DNA of 64,000 bases. It comes from Escherichia phage AV118. The notes beneath the pieces are model-generated. The model ran no database searches and was not told where the DNA came from. It saw only the letters and a list, made by a program, of their open reading frames with translations. The position numbers and the translations under genes were made by a program. Shown piece after piece: positions 48,882 through 61,424 of this stretch; position 1 is the stretch's first letter, and the number at the start of each line of letters is the position of its first letter. The DNA lies in sequence record OR352948.1; one strand, given 5' to 3'.

Positions 48882-48889
48882 GAATTAAA

Positions 48890-50863
48890 ATGGCAAACAC
48901 TCCTGTAAATTATCAATTAACCCGAACAGCGAATGCTATTCCCGAGATTTTTATCGGGGGCACATTTGCCGAAATCAAACAGAACATTATCGAATGGCTT
49001 AATGGGCAGAATGAATTTCTTGATTATGATTTTGAAGGTTCACGCTTAAACGTATTGTGCGACCTTTTAGCATATAACACTCTTTACATCCAACAGTTCA
49101 GTAATAGTGCAGTGTATGAAAGTTTTATGCGTACTGCAAACTTGCGTAGTTCTGTTGTACAAGCGGCTCAAGATAACGGATATCTGCCTTCATCTAAATC
49201 AGCAGCACAAACAGAAATTATGCTAACATGTACAGATGCATTAAATAGAAACTATATCACCATTCCACGTGGCACTCGTTTCTTAGCATACGCTAAAGAT
49301 ACTTCTGTTAACCCGTATAACTTTGTTTCTACTGAAGATGTCATTGTAGTTAAAGACAAAAATAACCAATATTTTCCACGTCTTCGATTAGCTCAAGGAC
49401 GTATTGTTCGCACTGAATTAACATTTGATAGATTAAAACCTATCATTATTCGTGATAAGAATATTGACCGTAATTTGGTTAAGTTGTATGTTGACGGAGC
49501 AGAATGGATTAACTGGACTCGTAAGTCGATGGTTCACGCTGGTTCTACGTCAACAATCTATTATATGCGTGAAACAGTTGATGGGAACACCGAATTTTAT
49601 TTTGGTGAAGGCGAAATCTCTATTAACACGTCAGAAGGTGCGTTAACATCTAACTATATTGGTGGCCTTAAACCTGTTCAGGGTTCTAAAATCGTAATTG
49701 AGTATATTTCTACTAATGGCGCAGATGCTAACGGTGCTGTAGGATTTTCTTATGCTGATACATTAGCTAATATCACGGTAATCGATATTAATGAGAACCC
49801 TAGCAATAACCCAGACTTTGTTGGGGCCGACGGCGGTGGTGACCCTGAAGATATTGAACGTATCCGCGAATTAGGCACAATTAAACGCGAAACTCAACAA
49901 CGTTGTGTAACCGCTTCCGACTATGACACATTCGTTTCTGAGCGGTTTGGTTCTATTATTCAAGCGGTTCAAACATTCACAGATTCATCTAAACCAGGGT
50001 ACGCCTATATTGCTGCTAAGCCTAAATCTGGATTGTATTTGACTTCTGTCCAACGTGATGATATCAAAAACTATTTGAATGATTATAACTTAGGGACTAT
50101 TACACCTGTTGTTATTTCGCCTGATTATTTGTTTATCAAAATGAATATCAAAGTTACATATGCGTTGAATAAACTCCAAGAATCAGAACAATATCTTGAA
50201 GGGCAAATTATTAATAAAATTGACCGATATTATATTGAAGATGTAGAAATTTTTAACTCATCGTTTGCAAAATCTAAAATGCTAACTTATGTCGATGATG
50301 CAGATATTTCTATTATTGGTTCTTCAGCTACTATTCAAATGGTTCGCGAAGTACAAAACTTCTATAAAACGCCTGAGGCCGGTATTAAATACAATAATCA
50401 GATTAAAGATAGATCGATGGAATCTAATATATTCTCGTTTGATTCGCACAGACCTAATCCGGAAAATGCAAACGAAACTATTAAATACGGTGTTCGCATA
50501 GTATCTTCTGACCGTAATGACCGTGGCATAGGTCAAGTTATTATTGGTCCATTTGCAGATGGTGATGTTGTTGAAAACGAAAATATACAACCTTATACAG
50601 GTAATGATTTTAATAAACTTACTGTTACTGACGGACGAAACAAATACTATTCAATTGGTGAAGTGAATTATCCTGCCGATTCGATTTATTGGAACATTGC
50701 TAAAATTGACCTCACTTCAGACCGTTTTGAAGTTCAAACAATTGAACTTTATTCCGACCCTGCAGATGATATTATTTTTACAAAGGATGGTTCTTTAATC
50801 GTATTCGAAAATGACTTACGTCCTCAGTACTTAACTATAGATTTGGAGCCTATTTCACAATGA
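48890..50863 (+). CDS. 6: Baseplate wedge protein gp6
   Basis: Starts MANTPVNYQLTRTANAIPEIF, matching recalled T4 gp6. Confidence 0.9.
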   Translation: MANTPVNYQLTRTANAIPEIFIGGTFAEIKQNIIEWLNGQNEFLDYDFEGSRLNVLCDLLAYNTLYIQQFSNSAVYESFMRTANLRSSVVQAAQDNGYLPSSKSAAQTEIMLTCTDALNRNYITIPRGTRFLAYAKDTSVNPYNFVSTEDVIVVKDKNNQYFPRLRLAQGRIVRTELTFDRLKPIIIRDKNIDRNLVKLYVDGAEWINWTRKSMVHAGSTSTIYYMRETVDGNTEFYFGEGEISINTSEGALTSNYIGGLKPVQGSKIVIEYISTNGADANGAVGFSYADTLANITVIDINENPSNNPDFVGADGGGDPEDIERIRELGTIKRETQQRCVTASDYDTFVSERFGSIIQAVQTFTDSSKPGYAYIAAKPKSGLYLTSVQRDDIKNYLNDYNLGTITPVVISPDYLFIKMNIKVTYALNKLQESEQYLEGQIINKIDRYYIEDVEIFNSSFAKSKMLTYVDDADISIIGSSATIQMVREVQNFYKTPEAGIKYNNQIKDRSMESNIFSFDSHRPNPENANETIKYGVRIVSSDRNDRGIGQVIIGPFADGDVVENENIQPYTGNDFNKLTVTDGRNKYYSIGEVNYPADSIYWNIAKIDLTSDRFEVQTIELYSDPADDIIFTKDGSLIVFENDLRPQYLTIDLEPISQ

Positions 50864-53800
50864 CAGTAAAAGCGCCAGCAGTCACAAGTCTCAGAATATC
50901 CAAGTTGTCCGCTAACCAAGTTCAAATACGCTGGGATGACGTTGGTGCTAATTTCTACTATTTCGTAGAAATCGCTGAGACTAAAACGGCAGACGGGGGA
51001 ATAATTCCCACTGCCAGCTACAGATGGATAAATTTAGGATATACTCCTAATAGCAACTGGTTCGAAAGTAGCTTAGACCCATTAACTTCTTATATTATTC
51101 GTGTATCAACTGCCGCCGAAGGCTTCGAGAGATCTGATTGGGTATATACCGAAATATTTGAATCATTTCAGACTAACGCGTATACATTTCAACATATGAT
51201 TGAAATGCAATTGGCTAACACTTTTATTAGAGAAAAATTTACAAATAACAACATGTCTTATGTCGATTTTAATAACGACACTATAATGGCAGCTCTAATG
51301 AATGAATCGTTCCAATTTAGCCCTGCTTATGCGGATATTTCATCTATTAAAAATTTCATTATTGGCGAAAATGAGTATCATGAAATTCAAGGTTCGATTC
51401 AACAGGTGTGTCATGATATAAACCGTGTTTATTTGATGGAATCCGAAGGAATTCTTTATTTGTTTGAACGGTATCAGCCTGTGGTTAAAGTCTCTAATGA
51501 TAAGGGACAAACCTGGAAATCGGTTAAATTGTTTAATGACCGTGTAGGATACCCTGTATCAAGAACAGTGTATTACCAGACAGATTACACCACGTATGTT
51601 CTTGGGTATGATAAATTATTTTACGGCCGTAAATCAACAGATGTTCGTTGGTCTGCTAATGATGTGAGATTTAGTTCTCAAGATATAACATTTGCTAAAA
51701 TTGGTGACCAGTTAAATTTAGGATTTGATGTAGAAATATTTGGTAACTACGCATCATTACCTGCTAACGTATCACGTATTGCAGAAGCTATCGTTTGCAA
51801 TGACGATTATGTATACGTTGCTGCTCGAGATAAAGTTCGTTTTATTAAAACTAGTAATGCCCCTATTGATTCAGACCCGTTATCTCCGACATATTCCGAA
51901 CGTTTGTTTGAACAAGAAACATTTAACATCACAGGTAACCCTAAGGCAGTTTGCTATAAAATGGATTCTGTCGGCGGTAAAATATTTGCACTGATTATTG
52001 GTGAAGTTGTTAATCTTAATGACGACCCGAGGACCACTCCTATTGTTGATTCTGTTGATAAGGGTGTTTACGTTCTAGACCATGATGCTGGCACATTTAA
52101 ACGTGTGTTTGGTAATACTGAAGAAGAACGCCGTCGTATTGAACCAGGGTACACCAGTATGTCTACTGATGGTGTTGAGTTATCTATTTCATCTAGTAAT
52201 TTTAAATTTCTAGAATCGGATATTGTTGGTGACCCGAAAACACAAGTCAAGTATGGTTTAATCGGTGCTGTTAAATATGAGTATCCTCGTGAATGGCTGG
52301 CTGATAAACATTATCATATGATGGCATTTATTTCAACTGAAGACTCTCAATGGGAATCGTTCACTCCCCAACCAATGGAATACTATGCTGAGCCATTCTT
52401 TAGTTATTCTAGAAAGTCTGGTACTCGTTGTTGGATTAATAACTCAGACAAGGCCGTTGTAATTTATTCTGATTTACTTTACACTAAAGTTATTGAGAAT
52501 CGTCCGCTTAGTTCTTCAGATCGAGAAGTTCATGAATATTGGAAGGATGGCGACTGTACAATAGTGATGCCTAACGTAGATTTCACCGGATTTAAAAAAT
52601 ATGCATCCGGCATGATTTTCTATAAAGCATCAGGTGAGATTATTTCTTATTATGATTTTAGTTATCGTGTTAGAGATAATGTTTCTATAATTTGGAAGCC
52701 TACTAATATATTCTTAACAGCATCGTTACAAAACCAAGAAAAAGATACCACATGGACTCCTGTAGAAGAGAACGGCATTGCAGACCCAGATTTACGACCA
52801 TTGCTCACTACAATGATGCCGGAGTCTTATCTTTTAGATAATACAAACTTCGAAGCATTCTGCGAGGCTTATATTCAGTATCTTTCTGACGGTTATGGGA
52901 CCCATTATAACAACCTTTTGAATCTTATTAAAAATCAATATCCGCGCGAAGAACATGCGTGGGAATACTTATGGTCTGAGATTTATAAACGAAACATTTA
53001 CTTAAACGCCGAAAAACGCGATTTAGTGTCTCGTTTCTTTGAATCAAGAAGTTATGACTTCTATTCAACTAAAGGAACTGAAGCATCATATAAATTCTTG
53101 TTTAAAGTGCTTTATAACGAAGATGTTGAAATTGAAATTGAATCTAGTTCCGGGACCGAATATGATATCATCATTGAATCTGATTCGTTGACAGAAGATT
53201 TGGTCGGACAAACCATATACACCGCGACAGGGCGTTGTAATGTGACGTATATCGAGAGAAGTTACTCTAAAGGTAAATTACAATGGACAGTAACAATTCA
53301 CAACCTCTTAGGTCGTTTAATCCAAGGACAGGAAGTTAAAGCTGAAAGACTCCCTGGTTTTGAAGGTGAAATTGTTCGTGGTATTAAAGGTAAAGAGCTT
53401 TCTCAGAACAACATTGATTACATAAATCGTGGTAGAGCATACTACGTAATGAAGATTAAATCTAAACTTCCATCATCTCGTTGGAAATCAGACGTATTAC
53501 GTTTTGTTCATCCGGTTGGATTTGGATTTATCGCAATTACACTTCTCACAATGTTTATTAACACTGGATTAACACTTAAACATGTTGAAACCATTATTAA
53601 TAAATACAAAAACTATAAGTGGGATTCTGGATTACCGACTAAATATGCAGACCGAGTGGCTAAATTAGACCCACAAGGAAATGTTGAGTTTGACCCTATT
53701 ACAGGTAAAGCGATATATGAAATAGGCCCTATGGCTGGTCAAGATTATCCATTGCCTGAAGATTATAACGCTGAAAACAATAACTCCATATTTCAAGGTC

Positions 53801-53958
53801 AACTTCCATCGGAACGACGTAAACTGATGAGCCCGTTATTTGATGCTTCCGGAACAACATTCTCTAGATTTAGAGATTTGGTTGAACAACGGTTAATCGA
53901 TAATGTGGGAAATCCAAGAGACCCCGTGAATCCACCACAGGTTAAATTAGATGAATGA
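50860..53958 (+). CDS. 7: Baseplate wedge protein gp7
   Basis: 1032 aa, same length and position as T4 gp7. Confidence 0.9.
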   Translation: MTVKAPAVTSLRISKLSANQVQIRWDDVGANFYYFVEIAETKTADGGIIPTASYRWINLGYTPNSNWFESSLDPLTSYIIRVSTAAEGFERSDWVYTEIFESFQTNAYTFQHMIEMQLANTFIREKFTNNNMSYVDFNNDTIMAALMNESFQFSPAYADISSIKNFIIGENEYHEIQGSIQQVCHDINRVYLMESEGILYLFERYQPVVKVSNDKGQTWKSVKLFNDRVGYPVSRTVYYQTDYTTYVLGYDKLFYGRKSTDVRWSANDVRFSSQDITFAKIGDQLNLGFDVEIFGNYASLPANVSRIAEAIVCNDDYVYVAARDKVRFIKTSNAPIDSDPLSPTYSERLFEQETFNITGNPKAVCYKMDSVGGKIFALIIGEVVNLNDDPRTTPIVDSVDKGVYVLDHDAGTFKRVFGNTEEERRRIEPGYTSMSTDGVELSISSSNFKFLESDIVGDPKTQVKYGLIGAVKYEYPREWLADKHYHMMAFISTEDSQWESFTPQPMEYYAEPFFSYSRKSGTRCWINNSDKAVVIYSDLLYTKVIENRPLSSSDREVHEYWKDGDCTIVMPNVDFTGFKKYASGMIFYKASGEIISYYDFSYRVRDNVSIIWKPTNIFLTASLQNQEKDTTWTPVEENGIADPDLRPLLTTMMPESYLLDNTNFEAFCEAYIQYLSDGYGTHYNNLLNLIKNQYPREEHAWEYLWSEIYKRNIYLNAEKRDLVSRFFESRSYDFYSTKGTEASYKFLFKVLYNEDVEIEIESSSGTEYDIIIESDSLTEDLVGQTIYTATGRCNVTYIERSYSKGKLQWTVTIHNLLGRLIQGQEVKAERLPGFEGEIVRGIKGKELSQNNIDYINRGRAYYVMKIKSKLPSSRWKSDVLRFVHPVGFGFIAITLLTMFINTGLTLKHVETIINKYKNYKWDSGLPTKYADRVAKLDPQGNVEFDPITGKAIYEIGPMAGQDYPLPEDYNAENNNSIFQGQLPSERRKLMSPLFDASGTTFSRFRDLVEQRLIDNVGNPRDPVNPPQVKLDE

Positions 53959-54955
53959 TTCAAGTGTTATCTATCGTGCAATAGTTACATCAAAATTTAG
54001 AACAGAGAAAATGCTGAATTTTTATAATTCAGTTGGGGATGGAGATGATAAGAACTCCATTTATATTACGTTTGGACGTTCAGAGCCTTGGGCGTCAAAT
54101 GAAAATGAGGTGGGCTTCGCCCCACCTTATCCTACAGATTCTGTTCTTGGTGTTACTGATATGTGGACCCATATGATGGGTACCGTTAAAGTTTTACCTT
54201 CAATGTTAGATTCTGTTATTCCTAGACGTGATTGGGGAGATGTGCGATATCCAGACCCTTACACGTTTAGAATTAACGATATAGTCGCATGTAATACTGC
54301 TCCGTACAACGCGACAGAAGTTGGAGCTGGTTGGTTAATTTACCGTTGTTTAGATGTCCCTGACGTAGGGCTCTGTTCAATAGAATCTTTAGATAATAAA
54401 GATGAATGTCTTAAATTGGGTGGTAAATGGACTCCGTCTGTTCGTTCTATGTCTCCTCCTGAAGGCAGAGGCGATGCTAATGGGGTTATCGAAACCGGTG
54501 ATGGATATATTTGGGAATATCTTTATGAGATTCCTGCCGATGTGTCAATTAACCGTTGCACTAATGAATATCTTGTAGTTCCATGGCCGGAAGAAATTAA
54601 AGAAGACCCCACCCGTTGGGGATATGAAAATAACTTAACTTGGCAACAAGATGACTACGGCTTGATTTACCGTGTTAAAGCCAATACGATGCGGTTTAAA
54701 GCATATTTTGATTCTGTTTATTTCCCTGAGGCAGCTTTGCCTGGTAACAAGGGTTTTAGACAGATATCAATTATCGCAAACCCGTTAGAAGCTAAGAAAA
54801 ATCCAAATGACCCTAATGTTAAAGCAGAAAAGGATTATTACGACCCTAGAGACCTGCAACGTCATTCTGGTGAAATGATTTATATGGAAAATCGACCACC
54901 TGTTATTATGGCAATGGACCAAACAGAAGAAATTAACATTTTGTTTATGTTTTAA
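53951..54955 (+). CDS. 8: Baseplate wedge protein gp8
   Basis: 334 aa, same length and position as T4 gp8. Confidence 0.9.
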   Translation: MNDSSVIYRAIVTSKFRTEKMLNFYNSVGDGDDKNSIYITFGRSEPWASNENEVGFAPPYPTDSVLGVTDMWTHMMGTVKVLPSMLDSVIPRRDWGDVRYPDPYTFRINDIVACNTAPYNATEVGAGWLIYRCLDVPDVGLCSIESLDNKDECLKLGGKWTPSVRSMSPPEGRGDANGVIETGDGYIWEYLYEIPADVSINRCTNEYLVVPWPEEIKEDPTRWGYENNLTWQQDDYGLIYRVKANTMRFKAYFDSVYFPEAALPGNKGFRQISIIANPLEAKKNPNDPNVKAEKDYYDPRDLQRHSGEMIYMENRPPVIMAMDQTEEINILFMF

Positions 54956-54958
54956 TTA

Positions 54959-54983
54959 GGGAGCCTTCGGGCTCCCATTTTTG
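54959..54983 (+). terminator. Rho-independent terminator after gene 8
   Basis: gggagcc-ttcg-ggctccc hairpin followed by a T-run. Confidence 0.6.
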
Positions 54984-54987
54984 TATC

Positions 54988-54995
54988 TATAAATA
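54988..54995 (+). promoter_or_regulatory. T4-type late promoter for gene 9
   Basis: Exact TATAAATA 33 nt upstream of the gene 9 ATG. Confidence 0.55.
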
Positions 54996-55027
54996 GAATA
55001 TAATATCGGACAACAAAAGGCAGAATT

Positions 55028-55900
55028 ATGGCATTTTTTAAGCAAACTCCTAAACAATTAATCGATACCGGCGAAATTGGTAATGCCTCAACAGGTGATA
55101 TCTTATTCGACGGTGGTAATAAAATAAATGACGATATCAACGCTATTTACAATGCATTTGGCGATCAACGTAAAATGGCCGTAGCAGATGGAACCGGACC
55201 TACAGGTCAAACTATTCATGCCACAGGCTATTATCAAAAAGGAAAGGCGGTCGATTATCAAACTCCTATTAAACCAGGCACTATGCATGATATTGATGCT
55301 TCTGATGGTGGTGTGATTGTTATTATTGACCGTCCTGAATTAGGTGACTCGGTAGAATTCATAAACTCTAATGGGTCTATTTCTGTTAACAATCCTTTAA
55401 GTATCCAAGTAACTGATGGTTCAATTAAAGGTGTTCTTAATAATCTTGTTATTTCCACCCCTTATACCCATGTTGTTCTTCGTTGTGTTGAACTTAATGG
55501 GCCAACTTCAGTATGGAATTATTCTACTGATAGCATGTTTGGGCAGAAAGAATCTCCCGTCGATGGGACTTGGAGTCTTACAGGAAACTCAGTTTCTATT
55601 CCTCTGTTTTATCGCACAGATTATAACATGGCTAAATTGCTTGTTACATGCCAATCCGCAGACGGTAGAAAAATAAAAACATGTGAAATAAATATTCTAA
55701 TAGATACAATTAACTCAGAAGTTCTTTCTACCGAATTTGCAGTAATGCGAGTTGGTAATGTAGATGAAACCGACGAGATTGCTAATATTAGCTTTAGTAT
55801 TATTAACAACTTTGCTACTATGACGATTACATCCGATATTATTGGATTACGTTCAGCAGTTAAAATTATCTCAACTCAGAAAATTGGGGTCGCTCAATAA
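55028..55900 (+). CDS. 9: Baseplate protein gp9 (long-tail-fiber socket)
   Basis: 290 aa; size and order as T4 gp9. Confidence 0.9.
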   Translation: MAFFKQTPKQLIDTGEIGNASTGDILFDGGNKINDDINAIYNAFGDQRKMAVADGTGPTGQTIHATGYYQKGKAVDYQTPIKPGTMHDIDASDGGVIVIIDRPELGDSVEFINSNGSISVNNPLSIQVTDGSIKGVLNNLVISTPYTHVVLRCVELNGPTSVWNYSTDSMFGQKESPVDGTWSLTGNSVSIPLFYRTDYNMAKLLVTCQSADGRKIKTCEINILIDTINSEVLSTEFAVMRVGNVDETDEIANISFSIINNFATMTITSDIIGLRSAVKIISTQKIGVAQ

Positions 55901-57705
55901 TGAAACAAAATATTAAAATTGGTAACGTCGTTGATGACGGACAAGGCGATTACCTTCGTCGAGGTGGTGAAAAAATAAATGAGAACTTTGACGAAATCTA
56001 TTATGAATTAGGTGATGGTGAAGTTCCTTATGCAGCTGGTGCATGGAAGACTTATGATGCGGCTGATGGTCTTAATCTTAAGGCTGCTTGGGGTAAATCT
56101 TATGCAATTAATACTACTTCTGGGCGAGTTTCGGTAAATCTTCCTAAAGGGACAATTGCAGACTATAATAAAGTTATTCGTGCTCGTGACGTATTTGCAA
56201 CTTGGAACATTAACCCTGTTACTTTAATTCCGGCAAACGGAGATACGATTAAAGGTTCTTCATCTCCGGTAGAAATTAACGTTCAGTTCTCTGATTTAGA
56301 ATTAGTTTATTGTGCTCCTGGACGTTGGGAATACATCAAGAACAAACAAATTGATAAAATAGTTAGCTCTGACATTAGTAATGTTGCTCGTAGAGAATAT
56401 CTGGTTGAAACCCAAGGTCAGACCGATTTCATGGATGTTTTTAACGGTACCTCTTATAACGTTAACAACATTCGCGTAAAACATCGTGGCAACGAATTGT
56501 ATTATGGTGATGTATTCAGTGATAATAGTGATTTTGGTTCTCCAGGCGCTAATCCTGGTGAACTGGTTGCACTCGATGGATTTAATATTAGATTACGCCA
56601 ACCATGTAATGTTGGGGACACTGTACAAATTGAGACATTCCTAGACGGTGTTTCTCAGTGGCGTAGTTCATATACTCGTCGCCAAGTTCGCATTTTAGAT
56701 AGTAAATTGACTGCTAAAAAGTCTATTGACGGAAGTATTTACGTCACTGATTTGAGTACATTCAGGTCTATTCCATTTACAGCATTTGGTATTAATCCTA
56801 CAGAACCACCTAACCCGAATTCATTAGAAGTTCGCTTCAATGGTATTCTCCAAGAATTAGCGGGTACTGTTGGAACTCCTATTTTCCGTTGTGAAGGTGT
56901 GGATGCTGATTCTGAAGAGTCATGCGCTAATCTCGGTGGGACATGGACTCAATCGTATACAGATTATGCGATTGAATATACTGATAATATCCCTAGCGCA
57001 ATTCTGTTTGACCGTCAATTTGAAGACCAAGACATTATTACCATCACATGGTTTAATAACGATTTAGGAACTCTTCTTGAAATGGAAGAAATCCTTGATG
57101 TCGCTGATGAGAAATATGTTTCTCAAGGGTCTAACATTGAAATTACTGGTGACGTTGCATTAACCGATTTCGATAAAATTGGATGGCCTAATGTAGAACC
57201 TGTTCCTAAGTATGAACGTGAATTCTCGACTATCTCAGCAATATTTGACACAATTTATCCTGTTGGGACTATTTACGAAAATGCTGTTAACCCTAATAAT
57301 CCGGCCACTTATTTAGGTTTTGGTTCATGGAAAATTTGGGGACAAGGCAAAGTATTAGCAGGTTGGAATGACGACGCGTCGGATCCTAATTTTGCATTAA
57401 ATAATAATGACCTTGACGTCAATGGTAACCCTACTCATACCGCAGGTGGTACCGTTGGCGTAACATCCATCACATTAGAAAATGCTGATTTACCAGCTAC
57501 ACAAACCGATGAAAAGGTTCTTATTTCTGATGATAATGGTACAGTAATTATAGGCGGTTGCCAATATGACCCGGATGCAGAAGGTCCTATTTACACTAAA
57601 TATCGTGAAGACCATGCAAAGACTAATGGATCTCATGTTCCAGCGCGTTCTATAACTAATATTCAGCCATCTATAACAGTATACCGTTGGGTAAGGATTG
57701 CATAA
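55900..57705 (+). CDS. 10: Baseplate wedge protein gp10
   Basis: 601 aa; size and order as T4 gp10. Confidence 0.9.
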   Translation: MKQNIKIGNVVDDGQGDYLRRGGEKINENFDEIYYELGDGEVPYAAGAWKTYDAADGLNLKAAWGKSYAINTTSGRVSVNLPKGTIADYNKVIRARDVFATWNINPVTLIPANGDTIKGSSSPVEINVQFSDLELVYCAPGRWEYIKNKQIDKIVSSDISNVARREYLVETQGQTDFMDVFNGTSYNVNNIRVKHRGNELYYGDVFSDNSDFGSPGANPGELVALDGFNIRLRQPCNVGDTVQIETFLDGVSQWRSSYTRRQVRILDSKLTAKKSIDGSIYVTDLSTFRSIPFTAFGINPTEPPNPNSLEVRFNGILQELAGTVGTPIFRCEGVDADSEESCANLGGTWTQSYTDYAIEYTDNIPSAILFDRQFEDQDIITITWFNNDLGTLLEMEEILDVADEKYVSQGSNIEITGDVALTDFDKIGWPNVEPVPKYEREFSTISAIFDTIYPVGTIYENAVNPNNPATYLGFGSWKIWGQGKVLAGWNDDASDPNFALNNNDLDVNGNPTHTAGGTVGVTSITLENADLPATQTDEKVLISDDNGTVIIGGCQYDPDAEGPIYTKYREDHAKTNGSHVPARSITNIQPSITVYRWVRIA

Positions 57706-58364
57706 TGACTGTACTTAATACAAAGGCGGGAGTTATTTCCCGTCATGCCGATTTTTTGAATTACAGAAAAAATCCAGATCAAATTGATGTTTTAAACAAC
57801 CAAGCTGTAGGTTCCGTGACTATTTCTCAGTTAGCTCGCGGTTTTTATGATGCTAACGTAGAATCTGCAATAAATGATGTCCATAATATGGCACGAGCTG
57901 ATATTGGTACTGTTGTCACAAACACTTCAGGCGTATCGCCTGAAGGTACAGCACAAGTTGATTATTGGACTTTTTCTGGTGATGTTCTCGACGATACTTT
58001 GGCCCCTGGAACGCCGGTCGTTATTAACGTATTTGGACTTGCTGTTAAAGCAACAATCGGTATGACTGATAACGAATTAACGGCACAAGTTCGTATAGCT
58101 TTACAAGAAGCCATTGCTAATCAAATCGCTATTTCTTCTTATAAAGACCATCCGTCTGAAGGTAATAAACTTCAGGTGACATATTTAGATAACCAACGTC
58201 ATGTGTTGCCAACATATGCTTCGTTTGGTGTAACAATTTCGCAAGAAATTTTGTCTGAAGCAAAATCCGGATACGGAACATGGAATTTATTGGGTGCCCA
58301 AACGGTTACTCTTGATAACCATGATACTCCTACCGTTTTCTACCACTTTGTGAGAGCCTCATGA
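57705..58364 (+). CDS. 11: Baseplate wedge protein gp11 (short-tail-fiber attachment)
   Basis: From [13 protein letters not shown] it is 219 aa, matching recalled T4 gp11; ATG overlaps the gp10 stop. Confidence 0.9.
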   Translation: MTVLNTKAGVISRHADFLNYRKNPDQIDVLNNQAVGSVTISQLARGFYDANVESAINDVHNMARADIGTVVTNTSGVSPEGTAQVDYWTFSGDVLDDTLAPGTPVVINVFGLAVKATIGMTDNELTAQVRIALQEAIANQIAISSYKDHPSEGNKLQVTYLDNQRHVLPTYASFGVTISQEILSEAKSGYGTWNLLGAQTVTLDNHDTPTVFYHFVRAS

Positions 58365-59944
58365 GTAATAACAATACATACCAACACGTTTCAAATGAAT
58401 CTATTTACGTTGAATTCGACCCTACGGGGTCGAATTTTCCAGATACAGTCACTAATGTCCAAGCCGCATTAGCTGCCATTTCTCCTTCAGGTGTTAATGG
58501 CGTATCGGAAGCAGCAACTACTACACCTGGAATTATTCAAATAGCTACTCCACAAGAAGTTATTGATGGATTAGATAATAGTAAAGCTGTTACTCCGGCA
58601 ACACTGAATGCTCGTCTACAATATCCTAATGCAACCGAAACTCAATATGGCTTAACTCGTTATGCTACTGAAGATGAAGCAGTAACCGGAACTATTGACG
58701 ATGCATCAATTACTCCGCTTAAATTGAATCAAAAAATAGACAATGTATTTCAGACAAAAGTGTCAACAGAAGCAACAAATGGTGTAATTAAAATTTCAAC
58801 TTCTGCTGCGGCATTAGCTGGTTCTGACGATACAACGGCAATGACGCCGTTAAAAACACAACAATTAGCAATTAAACTTATTTCACAAATTGCTCCAAAT
58901 AATAGTGACGCCACCGAATCTATTACCGGTGTTGTTCGTTTGGCTACAGTTGCTCAAGCACAACAAGGCACCCTGCGTGAAGGCTATGCAATTTCACCTT
59001 ATACCTTTATGAATTCAGTAGCATCAGAAACTAATAAAGGTGTCGTTAAACTAGGGACACAGACTGAAGTAAATAGTAACAACTCTTCAGTTGTAGTGAC
59101 CGGCGCAACATTAAACGGGCGCGGTGCTACAACTTCTTTACGTGGAGTTGTTCGTTTAACTACACAAGCGGGTAACCAATCAGGTGGTGATGGTTCTTCT
59201 GCCCTTGCTTGGAATGCTGATGTTATCCACCAACGAGGCGGACAAACTATTAATGGCACGCTTCGCGTTAATAATACGTTGACGGTTGGTTCTGGCGGCG
59301 CTAATATAACGGGTAATGTCAATATGACCGGTGGTTATATTCAAGGCAATCGTATTGTGACTCAAAATGAATTAGACCGAATTCTTCCAGTTGGCGCTAT
59401 TACAATGTGGGCTGCAGATAGTTTACCGAGTTCTGATTGGCGCTTCTGCCACGGTGGGACCGTTTCTGCTTCAGAATGTCCGGTATATGCTTCCAGAATT
59501 GGGACACGATATGGTGGTAGCTCTTCTAACCCCGGCTTGCCTGATATGCGTGGATTATTTGTTCGCGGCTCAGGTCGTGGCAACCATTTAACTAACCCTA
59601 ATGTTAATGGTAATGACCAATTCGGTAAGCCTCGTCTGGCGGTAGGTTGTACCGGTGGATATGTTGGTGAAGTGCAAAAACAACAGATGTCATATCATAA
59701 GCATGCTGGCGGTTTTGGCGAACATGACGATTCCGGTGCATTTGGTAATACTCGTCGTTCAAACTTTGTTGGTACTCGTAAAGGACTTGACTGGGATAAC
59801 CGTTCATACTTCACCAATGATGGATATGAAATTGACCCAGCATCACAACGAAATTCCAGATATACATTAAATCGTCCTGAATTAATTGGAAATGAAACAC
59901 GTCCATGGAACATTTCTTTAAACTATATCATTAAGGTAAAATAA
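58361..59944 (+). CDS. 12: Short tail fiber protein gp12
   Basis: 527 aa, same length as T4 gp12. Confidence 0.9.
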   Translation: MSNNNTYQHVSNESIYVEFDPTGSNFPDTVTNVQAALAAISPSGVNGVSEAATTTPGIIQIATPQEVIDGLDNSKAVTPATLNARLQYPNATETQYGLTRYATEDEAVTGTIDDASITPLKLNQKIDNVFQTKVSTEATNGVIKISTSAAALAGSDDTTAMTPLKTQQLAIKLISQIAPNNSDATESITGVVRLATVAQAQQGTLREGYAISPYTFMNSVASETNKGVVKLGTQTEVNSNNSSVVVTGATLNGRGATTSLRGVVRLTTQAGNQSGGDGSSALAWNADVIHQRGGQTINGTLRVNNTLTVGSGGANITGNVNMTGGYIQGNRIVTQNELDRILPVGAITMWAADSLPSSDWRFCHGGTVSASECPVYASRIGTRYGGSSSNPGLPDMRGLFVRGSGRGNHLTNPNVNGNDQFGKPRLAVGCTGGYVGEVQKQQMSYHKHAGGFGEHDDSGAFGNTRRSNFVGTRKGLDWDNRSYFTNDGYEIDPASQRNSRYTLNRPELIGNETRPWNISLNYIIKVK

Positions 59945-61392
59945 TGGCTGATATAACTCTGGTAGATTTACCATATGTTGACGGCCCGCCAGACGCGGGC
60001 CAGAGTCGTATTGAATGGATTAAAAACGATGAAGAAATAACAGGTGCTGACACAAAATACGGTTCTGAAGGTGTAATGAACCGTCCTATTGTTGAAGTTC
60101 AACGTAACGTAGAAGCGTTAGATGTTAATATTAAAACTATAGCATCTTCTTTGAATACAGCCAATGAAGATATTAAAGTTATTCAAGGTATTTTAGATGT
60201 TTCTGGGGATGTTGATGCTCTTGCACAGATAGGCCAGAACACCCAAGATATCGATGTCATTAAAGTCACAGTTCAAACCCATGCTAGTGAATTGAATGAT
60301 TTGAATGAACATATTGATGCTAATACTGATGATATTGGTGTTTATAATCAGGAAACAGATTCAGTTTATAGAACGGTTCGTAACGACCTGCTTTGGATTA
60401 AAAATGAATTAGGACAATATACTGGTCAAGATATTAACGGGGTTCCTACTCCAGGAAATGATAGCACTGGTATGAAACGTCGTATTATGACTAATAGCTC
60501 CGTAATTGTTGACCACGGTGTTCGATTAACTGATCTAGAAACTAAATTTGCTGATTCTGACGTCGGCTCTTTAACTATTGAAGTTGAACACTTGCGTGAA
60601 GAAATGGGGCCTCGTACTTCTTTCACTACTCCAGTGTTTAGTCGTCTTTCCGGTATTGATTTAACTTTGTCGCGTCAAAATGCTGACTTGGATGGCATTA
60701 AACAGTCTATTGGGTATCCTAATACGACTTCTATTATTACTACAACTAATGCGAATAGTTCAGCAATAAACGACATTAATCTTGAGCTCAATCAATCCGG
60801 TGGTATTAAACCTCGTTTGACTACGGTAGAAACTGCCATTGGCGCTGATGATTTGCCTACTACAATCCAAGGACGTATTAAACTCAATACCGATGCTATC
60901 GGAGCATTGAACACTGTTGTCGGCTCTGATTCTTCGTCAGGATTGCGTTTTAATGTGTCATGGTTAAATAACGTAGTCGGTGTTGACGCTTCAGGTGGGA
61001 AACCGGAACCAGACGGCTCTTTGCTTTATCGTACTCGAGAGCTTGAAGGAACTATTAGTTGGATGAGTAATGACATTCAGAACATTCAAACTGATGTTGG
61101 GACTAATTCCACAGGAATTAAGGGTTCTGTAAACACATTAAATACTCTTATAAATGGCACCAACCCAAATGGTTCGACTGTTGAAGAACGCGGTATATTG
61201 CCTACAGTTAAAAGTCATGATATGACAATTAATGGTTTAACTTCTAGAATTGCTACTCTTGAAACTGATTTGGCCGCTGCAGAAGCTGAAATCCAAACTC
61301 TTAAGGACGCTGGATATATTGAAGATGCTCCTTCAGACGGTAAATTCTATGTTCGCAAAGATGGTGCATGGGTTGAACTTCCTACAGCTTAA
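59944..61392 (+). CDS. wac: Fibritin (whisker/neck protein)
   Basis: 482 aa coiled-coil protein with C-terminal foldon GYIEDAPSDGKFYVRKDGAWVEL. Confidence 0.9.
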   Translation: MADITLVDLPYVDGPPDAGQSRIEWIKNDEEITGADTKYGSEGVMNRPIVEVQRNVEALDVNIKTIASSLNTANEDIKVIQGILDVSGDVDALAQIGQNTQDIDVIKVTVQTHASELNDLNEHIDANTDDIGVYNQETDSVYRTVRNDLLWIKNELGQYTGQDINGVPTPGNDSTGMKRRIMTNSSVIVDHGVRLTDLETKFADSDVGSLTIEVEHLREEMGPRTSFTTPVFSRLSGIDLTLSRQNADLDGIKQSIGYPNTTSIITTTNANSSAINDINLELNQSGGIKPRLTTVETAIGADDLPTTIQGRIKLNTDAIGALNTVVGSDSSSGLRFNVSWLNNVVGVDASGGKPEPDGSLLYRTRELEGTISWMSNDIQNIQTDVGTNSTGIKGSVNTLNTLINGTNPNGSTVEERGILPTVKSHDMTINGLTSRIATLETDLAAAEAEIQTLKDAGYIEDAPSDGKFYVRKDGAWVELPTA

Positions 61393-61396
61393 TGAA

Positions 61397-61414
61397 AAGG
61401 GCCTTCGGGCCCTA
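61397..61414 (+). other. Stem-loop after wac (weak terminator or RNA-stability element)
   Basis: agggcc-ttcg-ggccct hairpin without a clean T-run. Confidence 0.3.
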
Positions 61415-61424
61415 AAGGATTTAT